In this document: positions 49,728 to 60,672 of the stretch, in pieces
Numbering within the stretch: the stretch's first letter is position 1
How the letters are laid out: each line of letters begins with the position of its first letter
Assembly: GCA_963720465.1 (NCBI GenBank)
Contig: OY970393.1
Span: forward strand, 1 to 64,000
DNA: 64,000 nt
Source: Methanobacteriota archaeon
GTDB lineage: Archaea > Halobacteriota > Bog-38 > Methanoflorentales > Methanoflorentaceae
Reading direction: 5' to 3'
Notes under the pieces: model-generated
Database searches by the model: none
Seen by the model: only the letters and a program-made list of their open reading frames with translations
What the model was told of the DNA's origin: nothing
Position numbers and translations under genes: made by a program

Positions 49728-51296
49728 ATGAGGATACTTGTAAGTGACCCCCTATCCCAAGCCGGTGTCGATCTACTCAAAAGAGACCACCACGTCGACG
49801 TGAGGACTGATCTTTCGCCAGAACAGTTTATCCGCATCGTCGGCGACTATGATGCGCTTATTGTCAGAAGTGGCACACAGGTAACGAAAGACGTCATCGA
49901 AGCATCAAACCTCAAGGTGATCGGACGCGCGGGCGTAGGCGTCGACAACATCGACGTTGACGCTGCGTCGGCGAAGGGCATCATCGTCATAAACGCGCCT
50001 GAGGGGAACATGATCTCCGCCGCAGAGCACACTATAAGCATGATGATGGCTCTTTCGCGCAGCATCCCGCAGGCAAACGTTTCGGTCAGGAAGGGCGAAT
50101 GGAACCGCTCGCGGTTTCTCGGGGTCGAAGTATTCGGCAAGACGCTCGGCGTTCTCGGCCTCGGACGCATCGGGGCCGAAGTGGCCAAGCGGATGCGCGC
50201 CCTCGGCATGAACGTCATTGCATACGACCCCTTTATTACCGTAGGGCGCGCTAAGGAGCTCCGCGTTGACCTAGCATCGCTTGATGAAGTTCTCGCTAAA
50301 TCGGACTTTATCTCCGTTCATACGCCACTGACCAAGGACACGCACCACTTGATCGGCGCCAAAGAGATCGCAAAAATGCGCGACGGCGTCCGTATTTTGA
50401 ACGTTGCGCGTGGCGGTATTATAGACGAAGAAGCGCTGTACGAGGGCCTCAACAGCGGCAAGATCGCCGGAGCAGCGCTAGACGTCTTTGAACGTGAGCC
50501 CCCCACGGGAAGTCCGCTCCTCTCGCTCGACAACTGCATCTTGACGCCGCACCTCGGCGCCTCGACCGTCGAGGCGCAGATCAATGTAGCTGTTTCTATT
50601 GCAGAGCAAACGCTCGGCGCGCTCAAGGGCGAACCCGTCAGAAATGCGATTAACGTGTCGATACGTGCGGAGACGTTTGGAGCGGTGCGGAGCTATATGC
50701 CGCTTTCGGAGCAACTCGGCAGGTTCTGCATCCAGCTCGTCGAGGGGCAGATTCAAGGCATCGGCGTCACGTATACCGGCGAGGTTGGCCAGTGCGACGT
50801 TCACCCGCTAACTATTGCCGTGCTAAAAGGCGTCCTTGACCACGTGCTACAATCGCCAGTCAATTTTGTCAACGCAGAAATATTTGCCAAAAAGCGGGGC
50901 ATTCGGATTACGGAGACGAAGACGGAGAAGCTCGAAGACTTCCAAAGTCTGATAACGGTCAAAATAAACAGCGACAAAGGGGATTGGTCGGTGTCCGGAA
51001 CCCTCTTCTTGGGGGATCAACCACGGATAGTCAAGATCGGCAATTATCACGTCGACGCAGAGACGCAAGGATGCATGCTGATTACGTCCCACATCGACAA
51101 GCCCGGCGTCATCGGCGAGGTCGGCACGCTACTCGGTAATAACAATATCAACATCGCCGGTATGAACGTCGGCCGCGACAAAGTTAGGGGCGGCGCGGTC
51201 ATGGTGCTCGCCCTCGACGATCCTATTCAAGATGCGGTCTTGGCGGAGATCCGCGAGATCGACGGGATTTCGGTAGCGACAGCCGTTGTGCTGTGA
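49728..51296 (+). CDS. serA: D-3-phosphoglycerate dehydrogenase
   Basis: GRAGVGVDNID, GLGRIG and TPHLGAST motifs; C-terminal ACT domain. Confidence 0.98.
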   Translation: MRILVSDPLSQAGVDLLKRDHHVDVRTDLSPEQFIRIVGDYDALIVRSGTQVTKDVIEASNLKVIGRAGVGVDNIDVDAASAKGIIVINAPEGNMISAAEHTISMMMALSRSIPQANVSVRKGEWNRSRFLGVEVFGKTLGVLGLGRIGAEVAKRMRALGMNVIAYDPFITVGRAKELRVDLASLDEVLAKSDFISVHTPLTKDTHHLIGAKEIAKMRDGVRILNVARGGIIDEEALYEGLNSGKIAGAALDVFEREPPTGSPLLSLDNCILTPHLGASTVEAQINVAVSIAEQTLGALKGEPVRNAINVSIRAETFGAVRSYMPLSEQLGRFCIQLVEGQIQGIGVTYTGEVGQCDVHPLTIAVLKGVLDHVLQSPVNFVNAEIFAKKRGIRITETKTEKLEDFQSLITVKINSDKGDWSVSGTLFLGDQPRIVKIGNYHVDAETQGCMLITSHIDKPGVIGEVGTLLGNNNINIAGMNVGRDKVRGGAVMVLALDDPIQDAVLAEIREIDGISVATAVVL

Positions 51297-51346
51297 CCCT
51301 ATAAACTCTCCGTGTGATGTGGCACTAATGTGGGTTCGCGCCCGCT

Positions 51347-51814
51347 TTAGCGCTTTTTCTTCTTGGTGCTCTTCTTGCGGGCTTTGCTCTGGGCTTTTCG
51401 CCTCACTTGCGGTTGCGCGGCAGGATGTTGGGTCGATTTTTCGACGACGTCAACGAATGGCTCGCGTTTCTCGCCTTCTTCGAAAAGAGGTCGCCTGGAC
51501 CGGACCTTTCGCTTTTTCTCCTCGCCGGTGAGTTCTTCAAGTGCTTCGATCGGTGCGGGAACGGCGCGCTTGACCGTCGTCTTTCTATCTTTGGGGCCTT
51601 TGCGCTGTCGTGTTACTGGCGTTTCGAGCGGGACGAACAGCCACAGCGTGACAACTAGAACGGTAAAAATAATGAGAATGACGATTGCGGGTGGATCGAC
51701 ACTGTTCAAGACGGGCAGAAAGAACAGGGCGACGATGATTGCCAAGGGGATTCCGGCAAAGATTCCGACATACAACATAGCCGTCATCAACTTCTGCGTT
51801 TTCATTCGTGTCAC
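51347..51814 (-). CDS. Two-TM membrane protein with basic tail
   Basis: Two hydrophobic helices followed by a Lys/Arg-rich C-terminus. Confidence 0.6.
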   Translation of the reverse strand: MTRMKTQKLMTAMLYVGIFAGIPLAIIVALFFLPVLNSVDPPAIVILIIFTVLVVTLWLFVPLETPVTRQRKGPKDRKTTVKRAVPAPIEALEELTGEEKKRKVRSRRPLFEEGEKREPFVDVVEKSTQHPAAQPQVRRKAQSKARKKSTKKKKR

Positions 51815-51963
51815 ACAAGTTCCATGAGCCGCGCCCTTGGCGCACGGCGGCCGATACTAGCTGTGCCAGATGTTCTACTAATCTCTTTTGATTGCTGCAG
51901 GTGCCCTCGAGAGTTAGCCTCGTGAACCTCACCCTGTTGCGTCCGTCCTTCCTAAGGCGAAGC

Positions 51964-53817
51964 TCACGCACTTCGCAGCGTGATCCGTGCGCCGCGGTCA
52001 AGCGCGTCTAAGATGCGATTAGCGATGTTGGTCCCCTTTGTCACCTTGATCTCACCGCCTCGCCCGATGGTAGCTGTGAAGAGGTACTCATCATCGATCA
52101 GCACGTCTACGATGTCGCCAGGCCGGGCATCTGACGTCACAATCACGTGGCGGTCGGTGACCTCAACGTCGGCCTGTGCCGCAGCTTTTTGCGGGGACCC
52201 CTTCTCACGATTTTTGGCCTTCTTTCGTGGCTCTTCCGTCGTCTGCAGAACGTCAATGTCAATTCCGAGGACGTCTTCAACTTTTTCGATATTTTTGCCT
52301 CCCTTGCCGATCACGTGCGATATGTCCTTGTCGCTCACATAGACGTTGGCACGAGTGTCGGAGAGGATCTCGACGGTGACCGGCTCTTTGGCATACTTGT
52401 CGATCTCCTTCTCAATCTCTCGGGCGGCGAATTTCCACGTTGGTTTTGCTTTGCCTCTTTCCCGCGGGCCTACCGCCATAACAACGACCTGCCTGCTGAA
52501 GAGGTAGATCTCATGCTCGACCTTGTTCGTCTCGAAGTTCCTGACCTCGATGACCGGCCGTGCAAGATCTGCTTCGGTCATTCCCGCTGGCACTTTTACG
52601 GCAAAATGGACGTCATATACGGATTCAATCTCACCTTTCTTGAGGAATATGATCGTGTCAACAACCTGAGGAATAATACCAAATTCGACGCGGCCTATCA
52701 AGCGCTGAAGCGCATCGATCCCGCGCGTTGTATGTACGACGCCTACCATGCCCACGCCTGCGAGGCGCATGTCGGCGAACGTCCTGAAGTCGCTGGTCTT
52801 GCGAACCTCGTCATAAATCGTGTAGTCTGGTCTCACTAGCAGCAGAATGTCGGCTGTCTTGGCCATGTCGCCTTCTAGCGCGGAGTACTGCGTAATGTTG
52901 TCCGGAACCTGCAAATCGCGTGGACTTTCCATCGTCTTGACGATAAACCCTTGACCAGCAAGAAACTCTGCGACGCTTTGCGCTAACGTCGATTTACCTG
53001 ATCCTGGGGGGCCTGCGATCATTATTCCTCTTGTCGATTCGCTCAGCCGACTCTTTAGCTCGTCGGCGAATTTGTAGTCGTCGAGTTTCACTGTCGCTAT
53101 CGGGCGCACGGCCGTTATTTCGATGCCATCAGAAAACGGAGGTCGAGCAATGGCGATTCGTAACGAGCCGAGCTGAACAATCGTAGCGCCGCGGCGTTCC
53201 AGTTCAATAAAACCGTCAGAGCGTGACTTAGCTTGTTCAATAACGTCTGTAGCAATAGCGCGAATCTCCTTTTCAGTCATCCGCGTCTTTCTTATATTGA
53301 CCAATCGGAGGTCGCTTATCGAACCACGTTTTGCTCGTGGTGGTACGTCCTCTTTCAGAAACACCGACATCGTGTTACGCGTGAAGAACCGCTGCAGCAA
53401 AAGCGGCCGTTCTGCCTTTTTTTCGGGGTAGAGATATGTAACGTCCAAGCCTTTAGCGCGCGCGACCTCGCTTTGGACGATATCACTCGTAATGAACGTT
53501 GCTCCATTCTCGGCCGCGACGGTTCGTATAATCGCGTCAATCTCCCCAACTGAGGCAAGCTTGATCTCATCAGCGGTGGGTCGCCTTCCGACGTAGAGCA
53601 AGTCGACTTGACCCGAGCGTTTTCGCTCGTCGAGCGCTTTGAGCTCATTTAGTCCTTTGAAGCCGATCTCGCGTCCTTGATTCGCTTGGGCTTCGAGCTC
53701 GGAGATTACCGCTTCTGGGATGATGATAGTCGCTCCGCGAAGTTCGCCGTCGTCTATGAGCTTCGTGATCCTACCATCGATCAACACGCTTGTGTCGGGA
53801 ACGTACTTGGCTGTCAT
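51964..53817 (-). CDS. PIN-domain ATPase with KH domain (PINA family)
   Basis: VPDTSVLIDG PIN motif, GPPGSGKST Walker A, VIGKGGKNI KH motif. Confidence 0.95.
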   Translation of the reverse strand: MTAKYVPDTSVLIDGRITKLIDDGELRGATIIIPEAVISELEAQANQGREIGFKGLNELKALDERKRSGQVDLLYVGRRPTADEIKLASVGEIDAIIRTVAAENGATFITSDIVQSEVARAKGLDVTYLYPEKKAERPLLLQRFFTRNTMSVFLKEDVPPRAKRGSISDLRLVNIRKTRMTEKEIRAIATDVIEQAKSRSDGFIELERRGATIVQLGSLRIAIARPPFSDGIEITAVRPIATVKLDDYKFADELKSRLSESTRGIMIAGPPGSGKSTLAQSVAEFLAGQGFIVKTMESPRDLQVPDNITQYSALEGDMAKTADILLLVRPDYTIYDEVRKTSDFRTFADMRLAGVGMVGVVHTTRGIDALQRLIGRVEFGIIPQVVDTIIFLKKGEIESVYDVHFAVKVPAGMTEADLARPVIEVRNFETNKVEHEIYLFSRQVVVMAVGPRERGKAKPTWKFAAREIEKEIDKYAKEPVTVEILSDTRANVYVSDKDISHVIGKGGKNIEKVEDVLGIDIDVLQTTEEPRKKAKNREKGSPQKAAAQADVEVTDRHVIVTSDARPGDIVDVLIDDEYLFTATIGRGGEIKVTKGTNIANRILDALDRGARITLRSA

Positions 53818-53914
53818 TTCATCACGTGCGTACGATATTACTGAAGTTCGTCATATTAATCCTGCGCTCGCGCTGGTTGCGAACCCGTGAGCTTGTCGAC
53901 GGACTAGGAGCAAT

Positions 53915-54390
53915 CTACGCGTTCTTAAGGGCCACGATTTCGTCTACGCTCTCAAGTTTCCATATAAGGCTTCGGTTCTCGTTCACGATAGATTCGAGAG
54001 GCTCAGCGGGTGAATGGCCGAGGGCAGCAGCGACGTTGCTTGAGAGTTCTTTTCTCGTTATCATATTAACGAACTTTTGTCGGACACGCCGACCGTCTGT
54101 GCGATCGGTGACTTCAGCAAGCCGGCCTAATAGTGTGACGAAGGTATAGGAAGACATGTCTTTGCTGAACCTTTCGATCTCGACCGCGACGTTTGGATTC
54201 TGGCTGAAGTACTGGATCTTTTTTCCCTACCTAGTCGAGAGAAAATAGAGGTAATGCCCGTCGAAAATATAGAGGAAAGGTGCGACATGAGGATACGCGT
54301 CGCCCTTGAAGGCAATCCTGCTCACGTAATTCTCACGGATTAGCGTGTCATACTCTTCTTTTTCCATATGAGGGATCTTCAGAAGTCCAT
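53915..54390 (-). pseudogene. Pyridoxamine 5'-phosphate oxidase-like flavoprotein, disrupted
   Basis: In-frame TAG at 54227-54229 between YFLSTR and GKKIQYFSQNPNVAVEIE; ATG 54390 lies one base out of frame with LLKIPHMEKEE. Confidence 0.8.
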
Positions 54391-55009
54391 TTTTATCGCC
54401 AGTCAGATCTAAGAGCTTCTGCTTTATTACGGTTATTTTGATGAAAAATCGGGCAGCCAGTTTTGAGCGCTTGGTCGCGCATCTGCCCACGGCCGCGGAC
54501 GGTGCAGCTTCTTCAACAGTCACCAAGTTGGCAGCGTTTGCAGTCACCGTGTTCATGCTGCTTCCTTCGTTAGTCCCGCCCGACGCGGTTGCGTCTTTTG
54601 CCACTTTTTCGTCCGGTGCTTTAGGCGCGACATTTCTTGCTCCGTTTGCCACAAACGCTACTACTAAAAACGGGCCCAACGGCAGGCGCCATCAGCGGCA
54701 TGGTTGCTTGCGCAACGCTGTTATGGTATATTTTGGTTTCCAGCAAACAGCCCCTCAGATAACCGGAATCAACGTAGCGTCCCTCCTCTAGGCCTACTCG
54801 ATCTGCATTTCATCGGGATCCCTGTCTCATTTGTAGTGGTTATCGTGTTAACCTCATCACAAGAAACCGGCTGAAGAGCATATTACAAAAGCGCTCACGG
54901 AAATATCGTAGGCAATCGTTGGTCAGTTATCGATTCACGCTGAGCGTAAGCCGGGCTAACGAATGCTTGCAGGTAGCTCGGAGTGCGGAGCTTTGCTACG
55001 TTACGCGTT

Positions 55010-56329
55010 CTAGGATCGGGAAAAAGCGTTGGCGTTGGCGACAAATAAGTCAAACTCGTGCGGCAGCGAGTAAACGTGCGTGTGGAGATATGACGCTAAA
55101 ACGTTGCCCTCCACGATGCCATCGCGGCCATCGATTCCATCACCTTTCGTTACGCGATACGCGAATCGCGCGTCGCGATCTACTGATGCGGTCGAGTAGT
55201 GATATTCGTGGCCGCGCAACGTGTCGCCGCTGCGTGCGATCGCACAATCTCGGACGGCTTCCACCTCCGCGTGTCCGAGTGCTTGTCTTTTCTGGGTCAT
55301 TTGGATATCTACAGGGAGAATATTGGTCAGTGAAACTCTCTTGCGCTCAACCGTAGACAGCGACCGCGACAGATACATAAGCCCCCCGCACTCCCCATAT
55401 ACCGGCATGCCGTCGTCTGCATTTGTTTTTACGCCCTCGAGAAGGCGACGATTTGCGCTTAGCTGCGTAGCGTGAAGTTCGGGATAGCCGCCGCCGAAGT
55501 ATAATCCGTCTACATCGGGCAGGGCGTCGCGAATCGGAGAGAAATAGACGACTCGGGCGCGCTTTTGTATCGATTCTATGTTTGAGCGATAATAGAAGCA
55601 GAACGCAGCATCCATCGCGATTCCGATCACCGCATCGCGCGTTCTTTTGAACTCCGACGGTCTGTCGAGCGTGAGTTCGGCCGCTGCTTGTTGGATGAAC
55701 TCGATATCGAGCGAGTCGTAAATTGACTTCAGGGCAGAAGCAGTCAACGACGTTTCTGCTCCCATGTACAAACCTAGGTGGCGTGATGGAATTCCAGAAG
55801 CGTCCCGTTCAATGGTCCCTATCAGTGGGACTTGTATTGCCTTCAATGACCGGCGAATGCTTTCAGCGTGCTTTCCACTGCCAACGCGGTTCGCTATGAC
55901 GCCGGCGATCGTCAGTTTGTACGGAGTGAACGACGAGTACTTGATAAATCCCAAGGCCTGCGCCGCGACGCTTTCAGATGAAGTGCTCGCATCGACCACG
56001 AGAAGAATAGGAATCTTGAGGAGGTCTGCGATCTTAGCGCAGCTTGATACCCCATCATAGAGGCCCATTGCGCCTTCTATAACTGCATAGTCGGCGTCGC
56101 CTTTTGCAAGCTCTCGCTTGATTCCTTCCTCTCCCATCATAAAGGAATCAAGGTTGTAACAGGGCGCGTTTGTCACCTTCTCGAGGTGACTGGGATCGAT
56201 GAAATCCGGGCCCACTTTGAACGATTGGACGCTATATCCTGATTCTTTTAGTGCTTTCAGAATGGCCAGCGTGATCGTGGTCTTGCCTATCCCGCTCTGA
56301 GTTCCTGCGATGAGGAGGCCCTTCATCAT
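55010..56329 (-). CDS. Cobyrinate a,c-diamide synthase family (CbiA/CfbB)
   Basis: SGIGKTT, FKVGPDFIDP, EGAMGLYDG and glutaminase GECGG/GHEYH motifs. Confidence 0.93.
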   Translation of the reverse strand: MMKGLLIAGTQSGIGKTTITLAILKALKESGYSVQSFKVGPDFIDPSHLEKVTNAPCYNLDSFMMGEEGIKRELAKGDADYAVIEGAMGLYDGVSSCAKIADLLKIPILLVVDASTSSESVAAQALGFIKYSSFTPYKLTIAGVIANRVGSGKHAESIRRSLKAIQVPLIGTIERDASGIPSRHLGLYMGAETSLTASALKSIYDSLDIEFIQQAAAELTLDRPSEFKRTRDAVIGIAMDAAFCFYYRSNIESIQKRARVVYFSPIRDALPDVDGLYFGGGYPELHATQLSANRRLLEGVKTNADDGMPVYGECGGLMYLSRSLSTVERKRVSLTNILPVDIQMTQKRQALGHAEVEAVRDCAIARSGDTLRGHEYHYSTASVDRDARFAYRVTKGDGIDGRDGIVEGNVLASYLHTHVYSLPHEFDLFVANANAFSRS

Positions 56330-56514
56330 CCGTCAATGCAGGATACGTGTTAATAAATGTGCCTCACCGCCGTGCAGTGCGCATAGTGCGATAGAACTAC
56401 CAACGACGCATAGAAGCAAAAAAAAACAGAAGCCGGTGACTTAGGGAGACCCACACCGTTAAAGTAACGCTATGTCAGAAAAAAGCGGTGACGCTTGGTC
56501 CCCAAAACAATAGC

Positions 56515-56655
56515 CTATTCACTTTCCTTTTCAAAAAAAGATTTGTCGACGCCGCACGCTGGACACACCCAGTCGTCGGGAAGTTCATCAAACGGAACGC
56601 CCTCAACTTCTTCATCGTAGACCCATTCACAAATACCGCAAATCCATTTTCCCAA
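56515..56655 (-). CDS. Rubredoxin (not in ORF track)
   Basis: Manual translation [41 protein letters not shown]; TTG start after GGTGA. Confidence 0.93.
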   Translation of the reverse strand: MGKWICGICEWVYDEEVEGVPFDELPDDWVCPACGVDKSFFEKESE

Positions 56656-56896
56656 CTAGCATCACCGTACCCTATTTTTGTGGTTGGAACGTAAATAATT
56701 TCTCCAGCTGTGGTTTGACCAACGCCTGCGTCCGAATGCATCTTCGTCACCAGGGTGCCTTCTGTTGTAATTTTAGCAGTACACCCTAACATCATCCATC
56801 GATTTCGGTGCCGTTTATCAAACGTTAAGGCCCTAGAAAGACGGAGGCGTGTCTCTTTTGCGAACGCTTATCTCGTTTGACGGAGCATGTTCGCCC

Positions 56897-57367
56897 GTGC
56901 CAATCCGTGTCTCATCTGCGATCGAAATAAGCGCCACATCACAGCTTGTTTGGGAGGTGTTCACGGACATACATCGCTGGAGCGATTGGAATCCGCTCAT
57001 CATCGAGGTGACTAGCATATCGGGAGGCACCATATGGGCGCCCGGAGGCGCCTTTGTTATGCGATACAAAAGTGAGTTCACGCCGATACAGGCGATTACT
57101 CGCTCGTTCGTACAGCAGGTCCTGCCGGGACGGAGGATTGTGTTAAGCGGCGATGTACTCGGTTCGAGAGGGACCATAATGTATAATTTCACCTCGTCTG
57201 GTCCAAAGACCATCGTATCTGCCACAGAAGTGTTTGCTGAGACTGATTCCGATTATCGCAACTATGTGATTAGCAGCAGTACGCAGCGACTTTTGACGGC
57301 GTTGCTGCGCGGGTTGAAAAACCATATCGAGAACATGGGGCATAAAGCCCGCGTGGGGCATATCTGA
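56897..57367 (+). CDS. SRPBCC/START-fold protein
   Basis: IEISA...VWEVFTDIHRWSDWNP...LKNHIE pattern. Confidence 0.82.
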   Translation: MPIRVSSAIEISATSQLVWEVFTDIHRWSDWNPLIIEVTSISGGTIWAPGGAFVMRYKSEFTPIQAITRSFVQQVLPGRRIVLSGDVLGSRGTIMYNFTSSGPKTIVSATEVFAETDSDYRNYVISSSTQRLLTALLRGLKNHIENMGHKARVGHI

Positions 57368-57595
57368 CCTGTTCACTCAATTTGCTGTCTCTTCTGTCAG
57401 GATGACGTTGCAGGGACAGAAGTGCATCTTTTGGCAAGAACGGATTAACGAAGAGACCGGCGAAGCTTGCCTCGTCACGAAGACTGAGGAGCAAACTGAG
57501 CGGCCGAACATTTGTCAGGTGCAGGCTTTGTCGTCCCCATCACAATAAGGTGAGTTGAGAATGATCAGACAAGAAACTTAGATGTGGATGCCGGG

Positions 57596-57907
57596 TCAGC
57601 CTTTGCTCTTACGCTTGTTGTTGTACTTCTTGTCCTCAGCCACGATTCGCGCTATTTCTTCCTCGTCGCGGGGAAGCTTCAAAACAAAAGACCCGTGGCA
57701 CGGCTTTACATACGTGAGCATGATGTAGTCGGGACCCACGCCAACGGGCACAGGTGGAACTCCGATTAACCGTCGGTCAAAGACCTTGAATCCAGGTCCG
57801 ACGTAATACACCTTTGGAGCGTGTTCGGCGATGTAGCGTAACGTATCTTTGAACGCCGCATTTTTGAGCAAAATCTCATAATCCATTTGTTCGATACAGC
57901 CAGCCAC
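57596..57907 (-). CDS. DUF1894-like protein
   Basis: GCIEQMDYEILL...YVKPCHG motif. Confidence 0.75.
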   Translation of the reverse strand: MAGCIEQMDYEILLKNAAFKDTLRYIAEHAPKVYYVGPGFKVFDRRLIGVPPVPVGVGPDYIMLTYVKPCHGSFVLKLPRDEEEIARIVAEDKKYNNKRKSKG

Positions 57908-58094
57908 TTTTCTTCCCTCAAAGAATATGCTTTACTTGAACGGCGACCGAGCTTGCGATCCTTGCATGCAAGGAACTTTTTGTAGGTCTGATTCCGTTCT
58001 GATTAAGGAGTATGTAATAGATCAGCCAACTTCTTCTGGGTGCTGGCGATCCACACTCGCCCTCCGAGCACTCTTGAGCAGCTTGTTGGAGCGC

Positions 58095-58343
58095 TTACGT
58101 GAGTTCCAGGACTTCTTGGAGTCGCACTCGATTGAACCCGACGATTACGGTGTCGCCTACGACGATGACGGGAAATGAATAACCTCCGGTTAGTCGATAC
58201 ACTTCGCGCAAAACCTCTGTGCGCTTTTCGCCAGTTAGCAAATCGACGTCAACATACTCAAATTCTACGTTGTTGTCCGTGAGAAATTCCTTGGTCATGC
58301 GACAGTGCGGACACGTACTGAGAGTATAAGCCTTAACCTTCAC
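58095..58343 (-). CDS. Glutaredoxin-family protein
   Basis: STCPHC and SFPVIVVG motifs. Confidence 0.93.
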   Translation of the reverse strand: MKVKAYTLSTCPHCRMTKEFLTDNNVEFEYVDVDLLTGEKRTEVLREVYRLTGGYSFPVIVVGDTVIVGFNRVRLQEVLELT

Positions 58344-58619
58344 GCTCTATCCTTTCATTTGGCTGCTATTTAAGGGTTATGAAGACGCCAACGTGGGGAC
58401 CGATCGTTCGTCTCTCAGGCGTCATCCGAAAAAATAGATCGCGGAAAAGAGGTGGAACCGCGTACAGGGGACTGAAAGGAAGCGCGTGTTTCGAGATCCT
58501 TTAGGTGTGGCACCGCAGTCAGATGCGGCATACGTGGGGCGTTTGCCGCAGGGTTCATAAAGTCGCGGGGCAATAACTTCTCGTGAGTTGTGCCTACAAC
58601 ACAGACGTGGGAGTCGGAT

Positions 58620-59561
58620 ATGCACGAGTTCACGCGCGCGAGTCGCTTGCTTAACCAGGTCAGGGTCGGAACGAGCGGGTGGAGCTACGACGACTGGGTA
58701 GGCCCCTTTTATCAGTCCAACGAAAAGCCGAAATGGCTTGACTTCTATGCCAACCTCTTTCCAACGGTGGAGATAAACAGCACGTACTATCACATCCCTA
58801 ACCAGAAGCTCACCGATATCTGGATCGAGAAGGGCCTGAAGTACGAGAGCTTCAAATACTCGCTCAAGTTCCCACGTTTCTATGAGCTTGAAGATCTTCA
58901 CGAATTGGCCTCCGAATTTGAGAACACCGTTGTTTCGCCAATTAGTCAAAACGAGCTGCTCGGCGCCATTCTCATCCAGCTTACGCCCTACGTTAAGCGC
59001 ATTGAGCACGGTTACAGGACAGGCAACTTGGAGAAGCTTGATGCGCTTCTTGCCGCGCTTCATACAGACGAATATGCTTATTTCGTCGAGTTTCGACACG
59101 CCTCATGGCTTGACAGCATGCGGCTTGATTTTGAGCCAGGAACGAAAGCGATGCTCGAACGCAACAATGTCAAGCCGTGCATCGTCGACGGGCCGTCGTT
59201 TCCGACCGTGATTGCGGATTCGGCCGTGAAAACAGGTGCGTACGTACGGTTGCACGGCAGAAACACGGAAGAGTGGTTTAAGCGGCACAGGGGGGATGAT
59301 CTCGACCAGTCGCAACGCTATGATTACAGCTACACCGAGCAGGAGTTAGTGCCGTGGAAAGAACGGATTACGAAGATCAAAACCGACCTTGGCGGCACAG
59401 AGCCGGTCTGGGTGTACTTCAACAACCATCCTCGCGGCAACGCGCCGCGTAATGCGCTAATGCTCATGCAGCTCCTCGGAATCGGCCAATCTGCGGTTGA
59501 TGCGGAGGAAACGGCAAAAAGCCCGAGTCCGACCACGCTTCAGGATTGGGCGTACCGCTGA
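58620..59561 (+). CDS. DUF72 family protein
   Basis: GTSGWSY, VEINSTYY, YVRLHGRN and YFNNH motifs. Confidence 0.93.
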   Translation: MHEFTRASRLLNQVRVGTSGWSYDDWVGPFYQSNEKPKWLDFYANLFPTVEINSTYYHIPNQKLTDIWIEKGLKYESFKYSLKFPRFYELEDLHELASEFENTVVSPISQNELLGAILIQLTPYVKRIEHGYRTGNLEKLDALLAALHTDEYAYFVEFRHASWLDSMRLDFEPGTKAMLERNNVKPCIVDGPSFPTVIADSAVKTGAYVRLHGRNTEEWFKRHRGDDLDQSQRYDYSYTEQELVPWKERITKIKTDLGGTEPVWVYFNNHPRGNAPRNALMLMQLLGIGQSAVDAEETAKSPSPTTLQDWAYR

Positions 59562-59583
59562 TGGCACCCCAAGCGTCAGTCCT

Positions 59584-59820
59584 CTATAGCTCCGATTCAG
59601 CCTTTTGGTCCTTTACGCTTGCGGGCAGGTCGTCGTACATGTCGTAGACCGCGCTTGCCCCCTCTGAAACGACCACGAACTTGCCGTCTTCGGTTCGGAA
59701 GATCACTCCATCAGCGAGGTCTGTTTCGCTAACCACTGCGGCTATAGCGTTTTTCGGCTTGCATCGGTACTCCCGCACGTCGATGCCTGTCTTCTTCTTG
59801 ACCACGAATTTCTTGGTCAC
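59584..59820 (-). CDS. Small hypothetical protein
   Basis: GGAGG RBS before GTG; follows the ABC permease. Confidence 0.6.
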   Translation of the reverse strand: MTKKFVVKKKTGIDVREYRCKPKNAIAAVVSETDLADGVIFRTEDGKFVVVSEGASAVYDMYDDLPASVKDQKAESEL

Positions 59821-59842
59821 GTTCTCGCCTCCTTCGGTGTTT

Positions 59843-60670
59843 CTACATCTCCCTTCGCTGGGCTAAGAAAATACTCAACACGAATGCGACGATAAAGTAC
59901 ACCGCCATCACGATGAGGCTCAGGCGTACGTCAGGATAGTATTGCGCAAGCGAATACGTTTGCACGCCAACGCCAGAGGCTCCTGGGGCGGCAGTCGTGA
60001 AGATCTTATCAGTCGGGTACGGGTTTTGGAATATGTACTGCGAAATTCCGTTTGCGAAGGTAATGGAGAACCACGGCTTGAACTTCGCGACTGAACCCAC
60101 GGCATCGATAATCGGCAGTATGAGAAAGAAGGTGAAGAACGTAAGGACGAGCGAGTACACCGAACTGCGCATTATGGCGCTGAAGAGATAGGCGATCGCA
60201 AGGATGGCGAACAGGTACACGAGCGAGTACGCAAATGACAACCCGGTGTTCGCCGGGATGCTGCCATCGATGACGCGCACCGACACAACCGCTATCACGT
60301 AATAGAGCGCGATAGCGCCTACAGAAACGAGCGCGCTTGCAATGAACTTACCGACAAATATCGCCGTCTTCGTGATCGGGTTTGGAAACAGGAAGTACCC
60401 GGTTTTGGATTCGTACTCGGAAACGATCGCGTCAGCGCCAAAAAAGGTTGCGCTCAGTATAGAGAGGATGCCCAGAAACGAGAGGACGTTCAGCGTAAAC
60501 TGTGTCGGGTCTTTGGGGTATTGGGAGCCGATCGCCGGCGGAACGATCAGAAAAATGGCGCTGACGATAATCGTTAGCAGAACAATCGCAAGCAGTCGTC
60601 GTCCGCGAAGGTACTTCAAGAGTTCGTATTTCGCTACGGTCGCAATTTGTCGGACGCTGTTGGGGGCCAT
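59843..60670 (-). CDS. ABC-2 permease
   Basis: DAIVSEYESKTG...FVGKF motif and TM segments. Confidence 0.88.
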   Translation of the reverse strand: MAPNSVRQIATVAKYELLKYLRGRRLLAIVLLTIIVSAIFLIVPPAIGSQYPKDPTQFTLNVLSFLGILSILSATFFGADAIVSEYESKTGYFLFPNPITKTAIFVGKFIASALVSVGAIALYYVIAVVSVRVIDGSIPANTGLSFAYSLVYLFAILAIAYLFSAIMRSSVYSLVLTFFTFFLILPIIDAVGSVAKFKPWFSITFANGISQYIFQNPYPTDKIFTTAAPGASGVGVQTYSLAQYYPDVRLSLIVMAVYFIVAFVLSIFLAQRREM

Positions 60671-60672
60671 GG

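Noticed and set aside
54227-54229. Pyrrolysine or genome-wide TAG recoding
   Set aside because: TAG terminates many intact genes in this window, and this gene has a second lesion.
54438-54791. 117-aa plus-strand ORF and the upstream extension of ORF 54227-54679
   Set aside because: No recognisable motif, RBS or family; coding status cannot be supported.
55010-56329. Specific call as cfbB linked to the nif-like genes
   Set aside because: It lies 40 kb away with no adjacent cfbA/C/D/E; cbiA and cfbB cannot be told apart by eye.
56475-56795. 106-aa ORF in the track
   Set aside because: Shadow frame of the real 46-aa rubredoxin at 56515-56655.
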